Below are positions 1 to 10,011 of a stretch of 64,000 bases of DNA, in pieces. Origin of the DNA: an uncultured Bacteroides sp. (lineage in GTDB: Bacteria > Bacteroidota > Bacteroidia > Bacteroidales > Bacteroidaceae); the NCBI GenBank assembly GCA_900556845.1, contig USQO01000002.1, positions 342-64,341 of the forward strand, in the 5' to 3' direction. Every line of letters starts with the position of its first letter. Position 1 is the stretch's first letter. The notes beneath the pieces were generated by a model. The model searched no databases and was not told the DNA's origin. It was given only the letters and a program-made list of their open reading frames with translations. The position numbers and the translations under genes are program-made.

Positions 1-315
1 CCTGAAAATTATTTCGACAAGTTCAAAAATGAACTGATGGAAAAGCTTCCTGAAAAAGTCCCTATATTACCAGCTAAGGAAATCAGCTTGTGGGATCGGG
101 TTAAACCATGGGTATACATGGCCGCTATGTTCTGTGGATTAATGCTAAGCGTACGAATTCTTGTTGGAGAGCCACAAGCGTCCTTCAAATCTGCACAAGC
201 CGAAGAATCCGAAGAAATGCAACAAGACAAAAGGCTGGAACTAATTATAGACCAAGCCATGATGGATGATTATGAGCTATATACTTACTTGTCAGAAGAT
301 GACATAAATTATTAA
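1..315 (+). CDS. Conserved Bacteroidales single-TM protein (putative anti-sigma-like), 5' partial
   Basis: Frame is open from base 1 (PENYFDKFKNELMEKLP, a PxxYF motif); TM segment WVYMAAMFCGLMLSV; acidic tail DDYELYTYL. The true start is upstream of the window. Confidence 0.6.
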   Translation, partial: PENYFDKFKNELMEKLPEKVPILPAKEISLWDRVKPWVYMAAMFCGLMLSVRILVGEPQASFKSAQAEESEEMQQDKRLELIIDQAMMDDYELYTYLSEDDINY

Positions 316-320
316 AACCT

Positions 321-758
321 ATGATAAGAAATCTGTTATTATTACTGATGTGCAGCATGATTGGCGTATCTGCTTTACATGCCCAACATAACAAAATGAG
401 CCGAGAAGAATTTAAAGCCAAACAGCAGGCATTCTTAACACAGAGAGCTGGACTAACTGAACAGGAGGCAAAAGAGTTTTTCCCAGTTTATTTTGAATTG
501 CAAGATAAGAAAAAAGAGCTAAATGACAAGGCTTGGGATGTAATGCGACAAGGCAAAAAGCCAGAAACAACCGAAAAAGAATATGAAAAAATACTTGATG
601 AAGTAGCCCGATTACGTATCGCCGCAGACGAAGTTGAATTGGAATATTTGAAAAAATTCAAGAAGATGCTTTCATCAAAAAAATTATATCTGATAAAGAA
701 AGGTGAATTAAAGTTTCATCGGGAATTACTCAGACCCATGAGAAACAAATGTAAATAA
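321..758 (+). CDS. Secreted helical protein (Spy/CpxP-like, Bacteroidales conserved hypothetical)
   Basis: Signal peptide ending ALHA-Q; LTEQEAKEFFPVY motif; charged helices; 5 bp after the previous gene. Confidence 0.6.
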   Translation: MIRNLLLLLMCSMIGVSALHAQHNKMSREEFKAKQQAFLTQRAGLTEQEAKEFFPVYFELQDKKKELNDKAWDVMRQGKKPETTEKEYEKILDEVARLRIAADEVELEYLKKFKKMLSSKKLYLIKKGELKFHRELLRPMRNKCK

Positions 759-774
759 TAAGAATAATAAGCAT

Positions 775-814
775 TAGGGACAGACGATTTCATACCGTTT
801 GTCCCTATTTTTTT
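775..814 (+). terminator. Rho-independent terminator
   Basis: TAGGGACAGACG...CGTTTGTCCCTA followed by T7. Confidence 0.8.
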
Positions 815-948
815 ACCGCTTATCCATATACAACTCCTCTTATGCACTATCATAGAATAGCCTACTTGCAGCAGTTAAAAGCTTTGTCTAATTTTATTGC
901 ACGAAGCAATAAATATTGTTCGATTTATTATACACAAATAAAGTGATT

Positions 949-1308
949 ATGAAAACAGAAATTCACATAGGGGAGCTGATTAAAAGTAAATTTGATACAA
1001 GTGGAATGACCATCTCCAGTTTTGCTGAAGCTATTCATAAAACACGTACTACCATTTATGATATTTTCAAAAGGAGAAGCATAGACTTAGAGTTATTAAT
1101 GCTAATTTCCGATGTACTCAACTTTGATTTTATTGAAGAAGTTCATCGATTAAGAGAAAGCCGATCTACATCTTCTCAAAGAAAAAGATATTTTGTATGC
1201 ATCGAAGCAGACTCTGATGAAATAGACAGCAATAATCCAGAAAATATTAAAATCGTTTTTATTAAAGAATTACAGCATCAAATAACAAACCAGCATAACC
1301 CAGAATAA
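949..1308 (+). CDS. XRE/Cro-family HTH protein
   Basis: IHIGELIK...FAEAIHKTRTTIYDIFKRRSIDLELLMLISDVLNFDF; ATG at 949 preferred over TTG at 916. Confidence 0.8.
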   Translation: MKTEIHIGELIKSKFDTSGMTISSFAEAIHKTRTTIYDIFKRRSIDLELLMLISDVLNFDFIEEVHRLRESRSTSSQRKRYFVCIEADSDEIDSNNPENIKIVFIKELQHQITNQHNPE

Positions 1309-1342
1309 AACATCCAGCCAGTAAAAAAAATCATTTAAGTCT

Positions 1343-1388
1343 AAAAGACAGTACCAAACATTAATCTGACTCCGGTACTGTCTTTTTT
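1343..1388. terminator. Inverted repeat / terminator
   Basis: AAAAGACAGTACC...GGTACTGTCTTTT plus T-run. Confidence 0.7.
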
Positions 1389-1478
1389 ATTTATAATAGA
1401 TAGTATCAAAACAATTATTCTTTTGTATAGAAAACTCCACGAAAATACATATTTTTGTACCAGTTTCTACAACAATAA

Positions 1479-2168
1479 ATGCCAAAGGCCTATAACAAGG
1501 CCAGTCGGCCTAAACAAGAAGACAATATGGTAACCTACAATTTATTTATACTGGATGATCACCCAGCCGTTGTGGAAGGTGTATGCAGTTTGCTAAACAA
1601 AGAAAACTACAACATTCACTGCAGTACAGTATTATCAGACTTAATCAATTACTTAAAAAACATTCATCTGGATTTACTTGTACTCGATTATGAGCTGAGA
1701 GATATTCCAGCTATTGAGATAGTCCCCAAACTGCGCCAACAGCAACCCGATTTACCCATTCTCATTTACACCATGCATTCTGAATTCTGGATTATGCAAA
1801 TGCTTATTAAAGCCGAAGTAAATGGTATTGTCACAAAAGGTGATAAACTAGAGGAGGTAAGAAAAGCAGCCTATAGAATCATGGAAGAACAGGAAAAATA
1901 TTTTTCTCCCACTGCTCTAAACGCTGTATTGTCTATCATGGGCGACCAATCAGCTAAAAGAAGTCTGACTTATAGTCCAAGTCCTCGTGAATTGGAGGTA
2001 ATAGAACTGCTTTCCAATGGATTAACGTCCGAAGAAATATCTCAAGAACTCAACCTAAGCAAAAATACCATCGATACCATGCGAAAGAATATTCTATTAA
2101 AAAGTGGTGCCATCAATGTGTCACACTTAATGAGAATAGCTTTCATAAAAGGATGGATAAAATCATAA
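1479..2168 (+). CDS. NarL/LuxR-family response regulator
   Basis: Receiver residues ILDDH, LVLDY, YTMH and VTK; C-terminal SPRELEVIELLSNGLTSEEIS HTH. Start may be ATG 1527. Confidence 0.9.
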   Translation: MPKAYNKASRPKQEDNMVTYNLFILDDHPAVVEGVCSLLNKENYNIHCSTVLSDLINYLKNIHLDLLVLDYELRDIPAIEIVPKLRQQQPDLPILIYTMHSEFWIMQMLIKAEVNGIVTKGDKLEEVRKAAYRIMEEQEKYFSPTALNAVLSIMGDQSAKRSLTYSPSPRELEVIELLSNGLTSEEISQELNLSKNTIDTMRKNILLKSGAINVSHLMRIAFIKGWIKS

Positions 2169-2201
2169 ATCAAACAATCGACAGAATAGAATTCAAATCT
2201 C

Positions 2202-4403
2202 ATGAATCGTTTTTTACTGACTAACTTACTGTGCCTGACTATTTTACTTTTTGCTCCTACTGGTTGCTTCAATCAACAAAAGGATTTTTCTCATAACCAA
2301 CTGACTGAACTAGAAAAATATACCGACCACCCAGACAGCCTGCAAGCTGCACTCAATTTGTTTTCTGATAAAGAAAAAGAAAACGGTTTCTTGGATTACC
2401 TGTACATGAAAGCATATGCTAATATCGGTGACTACCATCGAATGGACTCTATGTACCACATTGCATCTGACAAATTTAAGAAGCTACATAATCGATTCAT
2501 GCAATTTGATACTGAATTCAACTACGCAAGTTCACTCAACGGTGCCCAGCAATTTAATAAAGCCCATATTGTATTACTGAACTTATTGAAAGAGATAAAG
2601 AAATACAAAGCAGAAATACCAGAAAATGTACGCAGAGAATTTGCAACATTGACCAATATGACCTTATATGAAATGGCTTACAACCAATTATCACGTAACT
2701 GTTTAAATGAAGCAAGCAATACTGTAAGTCATGCAAAAAGCGAGCTAGCTGTAGCAAAAGACACATCTTTACTCATTGAAGCCTATAATCTATCAGGACT
2801 GATATATAAACGAATGGCACAACTGGATAAAGCCATAGATGACTACCAGCATGCATTAGAACTAGTTACCGAACTGGGAAATAATCATCAGGCACGTATT
2901 ATCCTGAATAATATTGCATCTCTATACACGGAATTAGAAGAGAATGATAAAGCACTTCGCATCGCTCGAGAAATGGTTAATCGTTTTCCGGAACGAGATA
3001 CAACCTCTATCGGTGATAAAATATATCATTTAACGGAGTTGAATACTATAGGTGTATTACTTAGCAATGCTAATCTAAATAAAAATGCCATAGACACATT
3101 TCGAGTCGCTTTACACCAAATGAGTGAAAAAATACCTGCTGGACTCAAATTACTCATTTACTCAAATTATGCAAAATCATTAGCTGCTGAAGCTAAAACA
3201 GATTCTGCCATTTATTATTACCAAAAAGCACTGCAATTCAAAAAAGAAACCAGACATGAATTTAATAAGGCTAATTTGGATTATCTGTATGGAAGTTTAC
3301 TTTTCCATAAAACCGATTCATTGAAGCAGGCAAAATATTACCTGCAAGAAGCCATAGATTTTTACAGACTACATCCCTCACGAGTTTTATCAAAGGCTTT
3401 GTATAGTTTAGCTGAATTGGAGAACAAACTTAATCCTTCCAGTCAAAAAGCCTACAAACTAATGCAAGAAGCTTTCGACTCCGAACAGAAGCTGATGCAA
3501 CAAGATTTCCAAAACAAACTTTCCCGATTTGAAGTCAAATTCAAAACGAAAGAAAAAGAATTGAAAATAATAGAGTTAAATCGTAAGAGTGAAAAAGAAA
3601 GAGCTGCTAACCATATCCGTATTATCATCTTTATAGCATCATTGCTCTTAATTTCAACTCTAGTTGCCGTATTACTGTATTATCTGCGAAAAAATAAAAT
3701 TATCTACACATTAAACCAGCAGAGCCTGCAAGAAAAGATTGCCAGAAAAGATCTGGAATCGAAGTTGCTTATGAATGAAACAAACCAACGACTTACAGAA
3801 CAATATATTAATGGACTGGAAGATAGCAACAAGCGAACAGCTAAAACATTACATGATGGCATTTGTAACCAATTATTGACCATCGAAATGATACTTAACC
3901 ACAAAGAAGAAAAGTGCCTGCAAAAGCAGATATCACAAATACGTGAAGAGGTAAGAACTCTTTCACACGAACTTTCCTATCCGGACTTCAAAAATGTCCG
4001 CTTATCGCAAGTTGTCAACTCTTATGTAAGTAATTTACAGAAAGCTCATATATTTGAAATCAATTGTTTCATAGATGAAAAAATTGATGAAGTTTTATTG
4101 GATAATGACCAACATCTGGAAGCATATCGCATTATACAAGAGTCTGTAGGAAATATCATCAAACATGCTGATGCCAAACATATCTATCTGACTTTACGAA
4201 AAGAAGAAAATGTGATAGACATTACCATTGAGGATGATGGCAAAGGATTTTCTAAAGAAACTTGTCATGATGGTATAGGAATGCGTACTATGAAAGAACG
4301 TATTGGACTGATAAAAGGAAACATTGAGATAGATTCAACACTAGGAAAAGGAACAATCGTCCATTTCTGGTTTCCCTGCACATGCTATAATAAAGAAAAA
4401 TAA
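2202..4403 (+). CDS. TPR-containing sensor histidine kinase (HisKA_3 type)
   Basis: Signal peptide with Cys, TPR-like helices, one TM, H-box AKTLHDG, N-box YRIIQESVGNIIKHA, DDGKGF, GIGM and GKGT boxes. Confidence 0.9.
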   Translation: MNRFLLTNLLCLTILLFAPTGCFNQQKDFSHNQLTELEKYTDHPDSLQAALNLFSDKEKENGFLDYLYMKAYANIGDYHRMDSMYHIASDKFKKLHNRFMQFDTEFNYASSLNGAQQFNKAHIVLLNLLKEIKKYKAEIPENVRREFATLTNMTLYEMAYNQLSRNCLNEASNTVSHAKSELAVAKDTSLLIEAYNLSGLIYKRMAQLDKAIDDYQHALELVTELGNNHQARIILNNIASLYTELEENDKALRIAREMVNRFPERDTTSIGDKIYHLTELNTIGVLLSNANLNKNAIDTFRVALHQMSEKIPAGLKLLIYSNYAKSLAAEAKTDSAIYYYQKALQFKKETRHEFNKANLDYLYGSLLFHKTDSLKQAKYYLQEAIDFYRLHPSRVLSKALYSLAELENKLNPSSQKAYKLMQEAFDSEQKLMQQDFQNKLSRFEVKFKTKEKELKIIELNRKSEKERAANHIRIIIFIASLLLISTLVAVLLYYLRKNKIIYTLNQQSLQEKIARKDLESKLLMNETNQRLTEQYINGLEDSNKRTAKTLHDGICNQLLTIEMILNHKEEKCLQKQISQIREEVRTLSHELSYPDFKNVRLSQVVNSYVSNLQKAHIFEINCFIDEKIDEVLLDNDQHLEAYRIIQESVGNIIKHADAKHIYLTLRKEENVIDITIEDDGKGFSKETCHDGIGMRTMKERIGLIKGNIEIDSTLGKGTIVHFWFPCTCYNKEK

Positions 4404-4506
4404 ATTGTTGCCTTATAAATTTGTTTTTAAACAATCCCATTAATGGGGATATAAGCAAATAATGTTATGGGTAATTTTGTAACGATTCACATAAATTACT
4501 CAAAGC

Positions 4507-4731
4507 ATGAATAAGGACATACATATAGGAAAACTGGTTAAAGAAAAATTTGATGAAAGCAGTTTGTCAGTCCCCGAATTTGCAGCAGCACTACACAAGT
4601 CAAGAACTACTATATACGACATTTTTAGCCGTAAAAGTATGGACATCGACTTATTGCTCCAAATCTCGGATATACTTAATTACGACTTTTTACGTAAAAT
4701 TTGTGAACTAAACAACCAAGACACACAATAA
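4507..4731 (+). CDS. XRE/Cro-family HTH protein (paralog of 949..1308)
   Basis: IHIGKLVK...FAAALHKSRTTIYDIFSRKSMDIDLLLQISDILNYDF. Confidence 0.8.
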   Translation: MNKDIHIGKLVKEKFDESSLSVPEFAAALHKSRTTIYDIFSRKSMDIDLLLQISDILNYDFLRKICELNNQDTQ

Positions 4732-4804
4732 TAACTCGAGACAATTTGCACTCTTTTGTGCTTATGTTGCCCCCACACAGTATCTCCCCCAATATCTTGA
4801 ATCA

Positions 4805-4843
4805 AGAAAGCGGCTTCCTTCATTAGGAAAGCCGCTTTCTTTC
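4805..4843. terminator. Bidirectional terminator
   Basis: AAGAAAGCGGCTT...AAGCCGCTTTCTT between convergent genes. Confidence 0.75.
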
Positions 4844-4858
4844 TGTAAGATATTATCA

Positions 4859-5653
4859 TCAAAGCCCTTTGCTCTTAGCCTCATTCCATATTGCATCCAT
4901 CTCCTCAAGCGACATTTCCGTCAGATTTTTCCCATTACGGATGGTGTGTTCCTCCAAATAATTAAACCGACGGATAAACTTCTGGTTGGTGAGTTCCAAT
5001 GCATTGTCGGGATTAATTTTATACAAACGCGCTGCATTGATAAGACTAAACAACACATCTCCAAACTCAGCCTCAGCTTTCTCCTTATCCATGGCACCTA
5101 CCTCTGCCTCGAACTCAGAAATTTCCTCTTTCACTTTGGTCCAAACTTGCTCGCGTTCTTCCCAGTCGAAACCTACATTGCGTGCCTTATCCTGAATACG
5201 GTAAGCCTTGATAAGCGAAGGCAATGCATCGGGCACACCACTGAGTACCGACTTGTTACCGTCTTTCTCTTTCAGCTTAATCTGCTCCCAGTTCTCCGAA
5301 ACTCGTTCGGCTGTATCAGCTTTCACCTCACCAAACACATGCGGATGGCGAAAAATAAGCTTATCGCACAGTTTGTCACATACATCCTTGATGTCAAAAT
5401 CTCCGGTTTCACTACCGATCTTGGCATAAAATGCTACATGTAACAGTACGTCACCCAATTCCTTGCAGATGTTTTTCTTGTCATCTTTCATCAGTGCATC
5501 GCACAGCTCGTACACTTCCTCTATGGTATTCGGGCGCAAACTTTCATTGGTCTGCTTCCGGTCCCACGGACATTTCACACGCAACTCGTCCAGTATATCC
5601 AGCAACCGGCCGAATGCTTCTATCTTTTCTTCTTTGGTATGATTCATTTCCAT
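4859..5653 (-). CDS. mazG: Nucleoside triphosphate pyrophosphohydrolase MazG
   Basis: CPWDRKQT, EEVYE, ELGDVLLH, RHPHVF, GFDW and EFGDVLF tandem MazG motifs; start ATG 5653 or 5647. Confidence 0.95.
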   Translation of the reverse strand: MEMNHTKEEKIEAFGRLLDILDELRVKCPWDRKQTNESLRPNTIEEVYELCDALMKDDKKNICKELGDVLLHVAFYAKIGSETGDFDIKDVCDKLCDKLIFRHPHVFGEVKADTAERVSENWEQIKLKEKDGNKSVLSGVPDALPSLIKAYRIQDKARNVGFDWEEREQVWTKVKEEISEFEAEVGAMDKEKAEAEFGDVLFSLINAARLYKINPDNALELTNQKFIRRFNYLEEHTIRNGKNLTEMSLEEMDAIWNEAKSKGL

Positions 5654-5797
5654 AAGTTTAATTTTTCGGTGAGCAAATGTAGCAATATTCGGCAAAGAAA
5701 CCAACGAATAAAAGCCGATAACTACTGCAAAATCCAAGTACTTTTATTAATTTTGCAACCAATTATATGATAAACATTTAATCCTAAGATAAAAACA

Positions 5798-8476
5798 ATG
5801 GAATTAGCAAGTAAGTACAATCCCGCTGACGTGGAGGGAAAATGGTACCAGTATTGGCTGGACAACAAACTTTTCAGTTCTAAACCCGACGGACGTGAAC
5901 CTTACACCGTCGTCATCCCGCCACCTAATGTTACCGGAGTGCTCCACATGGGACACATGCTTAACAATACCATCCAGGATATCTTGGTGCGCCGTGCCCG
6001 TATGATGGGTAAAAATGCCTGCTGGGTGCCTGGAACCGACCATGCTTCTATTGCTACCGAAGCAAAAGTGGTAAACAAACTGGCTCAGCAAGGTATCAAG
6101 AAAACTGACCTTACACGTGAAGAGTTCTTGAAACATGCATGGGCATGGACCGAAGAGCACGGTGGTATTATCCTGAAACAGTTGCGCCGTCTGGGTGCAT
6201 CGTGTGACTGGGACCGCACTGCATTTACCATGGACGAAGAACGCAGCAAAAGCGTTACTAAAGTATTCGTTGACTTATATAACAAGGGGCTGATTTACCG
6301 CGGTGTACGCATGGTGAACTGGGACCCGAAAGCTCTTACAGCTCTTTCTGACGAAGAGGTTATTTATAAGGAAGAACATAGCAAGCTGTATTATCTGCGC
6401 TATTTTGTAGCCGACGATGACATGACTGGTGAAACTGGTGCGGAAGGTGAAGTAGTTCACCGTGACGAACAGGGACGCCGTTATGCAGTTGTCGCTACTA
6501 CTCGTCCGGAAACAATTATGGGTGATACCGCTATGTGTATCAATCCGAATGACCCGAAAAACCAGTGGCTGAAAGGCAAGAAAGTCATCGTTCCGCTGGT
6601 AGGACGTGTCATCCCAGTCATTGAAGACGATTATGTAGATATCGAATTCGGTACAGGATGTCTGAAAGTGACTCCGGCACACGATGTGAACGACTATATG
6701 CTGGGTGAGAAATACAACCTGCAGAGCATCGATATCTTCAATGACAATGGTACCCTGAGCGAAGCTGCCGGTATGTATGTAGGTATGGACCGCTTTGATG
6801 TACGTGAGCAGATAGAGAAAGACCTGGCTGCTGCAGGACTGCTGGAGAAAGTAGAAGCATATACCAACAAGGTGGGTTTCTCTGAACGTACCAATGTAGC
6901 CATCGAACCGAAACTGTCAATGCAGTGGTTCCTCAAGATGCAGCACTTTGCCGACATGGCTCTGCCGCCGGTAATGAATGATGAGCTGAAATTCTATCCT
7001 CCCAAATACAAGAACACTTACCGTCACTGGATGGAGAACATCAAGGACTGGTGTATCAGCCGCCAGTTGTGGTGGGGACACCGCATTCCGGCTTACTTCT
7101 TGCCCGAAGGCGGTTATGTAGTAGCAGAGACTGCAGAGCAGGCATTGGAACTGGCTAAGGAAAAGACCGGCAACAACAACCTTACTATTGCCGACCTCCG
7201 TCAGGACGATGACTGTCTGGATACCTGGTTCTCTTCATGGTTGTGGCCTATCTCGCTGTTCGATGGTATCAACCGTCCGGGCAACGAAGAGATCAGCTAC
7301 TACTATCCTACTTCTGACTTGGTTACTGGTCCGGACATTATCTTCTTCTGGGTAGCACGTATGATTATGGCCGGCTATGAATACATGGGTGATATGCCGT
7401 TCAAGAACGTATACTTTACCGGTATCGTGCGCGACAAAATCGGCCGTAAGATGTCCAAGTCGCTCGGCAACTCGCCCGATCCGTTGGAACTGATTGACCG
7501 CTATGGTGCTGACGGGGTACGTATGGGTATGATGCTGGCTGCTCCTGCCGGAAACGACATCTTGTTCGATGATGCGCTGTGCGAACAGGGACGTAACTTC
7601 AACAACAAAATCTGGAATGCTTTCCGTCTGGTGAAGGGATGGAACGTAGCCGAAGCAGCTCAACCTGAATATGCCCGTCTGGCTACCGAATGGTTTGAAG
7701 CCATGCTTGCCAAGACCATAGCCGAAGTAGACGACCTGTTCGGAAAATACCGTTTGAGCGAAGCACTGATGGTAGTCTACAAGCTGTTCTGGGATGAGTT
7801 CTCAAGCTGGTACCTGGAAATGATCAAGCCTGCATACGGCGAGCCTATCGACCAGACTACCTACAACAAGACACTGGGCTTCTTCGATACCCTGCTCAAG
7901 TTGCTGCATCCGTTCATGCCGTTCATCACCGAAGAACTCTGGCAGCATATCTATGACCGTCAGGAAGGCGAAAGCATCATGACTCAGACGTTGCAGGCTG
8001 CCGGCAGCTTCGATGAAAACATCATCGCTCAGTTTGAAGCCGTGAAAGAGGTTATCGGTGGAATCCGTACCATCCGTCTGCAGAAGAACATCGCTCAGAA
8101 AGAAGCGCTTTCACTGGAAATCGTAGGTGCCAGCCCTGTAGCTGCTTTCCACGCTGTCATCAGCAAGTTATGTAACTTGAGCGCTATCAGCAATGTTGAA
8201 AGCAAATCAGAAGGCGCTGCTGCCTTTATGGTTGGCACTACCGAGTATGCTGTACCTCTGGGCAACCTTATCAATGTAGAAGAAGAGTTGAAAAAACTGG
8301 AAGCCGACCTGAAGTATCAGGAAGGATTCTTGCAGAGTGTACTGAAAAAGCTCAGCAACGAAAAGTTCGTAAGCAAGGCTCCTGCCAATGTCATCGAAAT
8401 GGAACGCAAGAAACAGGCTGATGCCGAAACCAAGATTGCGGCCCTGAAAGAAAGCATTGCTGCACTGAAGAAGTAA
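5798..8476 (+). CDS. valS: Valine--tRNA ligase
   Basis: [13 protein letters not shown] (HIGH), [18 protein letters not shown]-terminal coiled coil. Confidence 0.98.
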   Translation: MELASKYNPADVEGKWYQYWLDNKLFSSKPDGREPYTVVIPPPNVTGVLHMGHMLNNTIQDILVRRARMMGKNACWVPGTDHASIATEAKVVNKLAQQGIKKTDLTREEFLKHAWAWTEEHGGIILKQLRRLGASCDWDRTAFTMDEERSKSVTKVFVDLYNKGLIYRGVRMVNWDPKALTALSDEEVIYKEEHSKLYYLRYFVADDDMTGETGAEGEVVHRDEQGRRYAVVATTRPETIMGDTAMCINPNDPKNQWLKGKKVIVPLVGRVIPVIEDDYVDIEFGTGCLKVTPAHDVNDYMLGEKYNLQSIDIFNDNGTLSEAAGMYVGMDRFDVREQIEKDLAAAGLLEKVEAYTNKVGFSERTNVAIEPKLSMQWFLKMQHFADMALPPVMNDELKFYPPKYKNTYRHWMENIKDWCISRQLWWGHRIPAYFLPEGGYVVAETAEQALELAKEKTGNNNLTIADLRQDDDCLDTWFSSWLWPISLFDGINRPGNEEISYYYPTSDLVTGPDIIFFWVARMIMAGYEYMGDMPFKNVYFTGIVRDKIGRKMSKSLGNSPDPLELIDRYGADGVRMGMMLAAPAGNDILFDDALCEQGRNFNNKIWNAFRLVKGWNVAEAAQPEYARLATEWFEAMLAKTIAEVDDLFGKYRLSEALMVVYKLFWDEFSSWYLEMIKPAYGEPIDQTTYNKTLGFFDTLLKLLHPFMPFITEELWQHIYDRQEGESIMTQTLQAAGSFDENIIAQFEAVKEVIGGIRTIRLQKNIAQKEALSLEIVGASPVAAFHAVISKLCNLSAISNVESKSEGAAAFMVGTTEYAVPLGNLINVEEELKKLEADLKYQEGFLQSVLKKLSNEKFVSKAPANVIEMERKKQADAETKIAALKESIAALKK

Positions 8477-8512
8477 CAGGCACCGCCCAAGGGCGACGTC
8501 TCATCCTATACC

Positions 8513-8554
8513 AATCCTTTCCGTTCTGTATGTACAGCACGGAAAGGATTTTTT
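8513..8554. terminator. Terminator after valS
   Basis: AATCCTTTCCGT...ACGGAAAGGATT followed by T-run. Confidence 0.8.
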
Positions 8555-8565
8555 ATGAAAGGGGC

Positions 8566-8928
8566 TTATCGGGCAAACTGTATCAGTTCAATAGGAGCCT
8601 CGTTGTGTTCTACCATAGCCACTACAATGCCTTCCGACGGAGAATTAATCGGAGTAAGCACATTCAGTCCCCTTTCCCTGATTTCCTTTGCAATGTCATC
8701 CACCTCAAAAGCGATATGAGGAACCGTCTTCACAAGCGGATGCATGGGACTGTCATCATCAAAACGCATCCATTCCACTCCGAAAGGACTGGTGGGAAAG
8801 CCAGACACATAAAAGCCCAAATGGGCGATGTAGATTTCGTTTTCTTTTCTCTCGGCAGTAGGTATTCCTATATGATGGTATTTCCATCCCCACTTCACAC
8901 AGTCGGCCAGTTCATGTTCTTGTCTCAT
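8566..8928 (-). CDS. VOC/glyoxalase-like protein
   Basis: YHHIGIP, VEWM, PHIAFEVDDI and PIELIQF metal-ligand pattern; start MRQEH at 8928. Confidence 0.75.
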   Translation of the reverse strand: MRQEHELADCVKWGWKYHHIGIPTAERKENEIYIAHLGFYVSGFPTSPFGVEWMRFDDDSPMHPLVKTVPHIAFEVDDIAKEIRERGLNVLTPINSPSEGIVVAMVEHNEAPIELIQFAR

Positions 8929-9097
8929 TGGTTTACATTTTAAGAATTTGACAGTTGTAAAAGTAACGTTATTTCTACTACTGTGCAAGTACAGCTTCTC
9001 TTTTCCGGTCATGAGCCATCCATTCAGAAAAAGGCAATTTTATTTTTGTTTTGAACAAATGTTCATTATCTTTGCACCCGAACAAAATAGGAAAAAG

Positions 9098-9922
9098 ATG
9101 TCACCACGTCCTAAGAACATACGGAAAATCTGCGAGGCGCCCCTTTCTGCCGGATTACGCCCCATAAAGTGCAAACGGTTTGAAACCATCGAACTCCATT
9201 TGGAAGAGTATGAATCCATCCGGCTGTGCGATTATGAAATGATGACACAGGCAGAAGCAGCGGCACAGATGCAGATTTCGCGTCCCACACTTACGCGTAT
9301 CTATGCCAGCGCACGCCAGAAAATGGCCCGTGCCTTGGTAGAGCAGGCAGCCATTACCATAGAAGGCGGCTCGGCTTATATGGACGGACAATGGTACCGC
9401 TGCGCGGATTGCAGCACTGCGTTCAATAACATCAATCCGGCTATGCGCGAAGGACAAATCTGCTGTCCGGTGTGTGGCAGCCGCCAGTTCACCCTCTGCA
9501 AAGAAGAAGATACATATAACATAAAAACGCTAAACATCATGAAGAAAATTGCATTGCCTACACGTGGCGGAGTCATCGACAATCACTTCGGCCACTGCGA
9601 ATTCTACACCATCGTAACCGTATCCGAAGAGAACCAGATACTTGCTACACAAACTATCCCTTCTCCTCAAGGATGCGGATGCAAATCAAATATAGCCAGT
9701 AAACTGCAAGAAGACGGTGTTACCGTTATGCTGGCAGGAAATATGGGAGCTGGTGCACTACAGAAACTGGCAGCTCATAACATCCAGGTTATAAGAGGCT
9801 GTTCTGGACCAATCATGGAAGTAGTAAATGCCTATCTGGAAGGAAACTTACAGGATTCTGGAGAAGCCTGCCAACATCACCACGATGGAGATGAACATCA
9901 TCAGTGTGGACATCATCAGTAA
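9098..9922 (+). CDS. DUF134 HTH/Zn-ribbon fused to NifB/NifX-type domain
   Basis: MSPRPK...EEYESIRLCD...QISRPTLTRIYASAR; CxxC...CPxC; KIALPT...HFGHC...GNMGAGA; His-rich tail. Confidence 0.85.
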   Translation: MSPRPKNIRKICEAPLSAGLRPIKCKRFETIELHLEEYESIRLCDYEMMTQAEAAAQMQISRPTLTRIYASARQKMARALVEQAAITIEGGSAYMDGQWYRCADCSTAFNNINPAMREGQICCPVCGSRQFTLCKEEDTYNIKTLNIMKKIALPTRGGVIDNHFGHCEFYTIVTVSEENQILATQTIPSPQGCGCKSNIASKLQEDGVTVMLAGNMGAGALQKLAAHNIQVIRGCSGPIMEVVNAYLEGNLQDSGEACQHHHDGDEHHQCGHHQ

Positions 9923-9936
9923 TCCTTGGGTTAAAC

Positions 9937-9988
9937 AAAAAGCCATATCCAGTTGCAACAATTAGGAAAGCATGGATATGGCTTTTTT
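9937..9988. terminator. Bidirectional terminator
   Basis: AAAAAGCCATATCCA...TGGATATGGCTTTTT. Confidence 0.75.
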
Positions 9989-10011
9989 ATATACTAAAAT
10001 CTGGCTACCTA

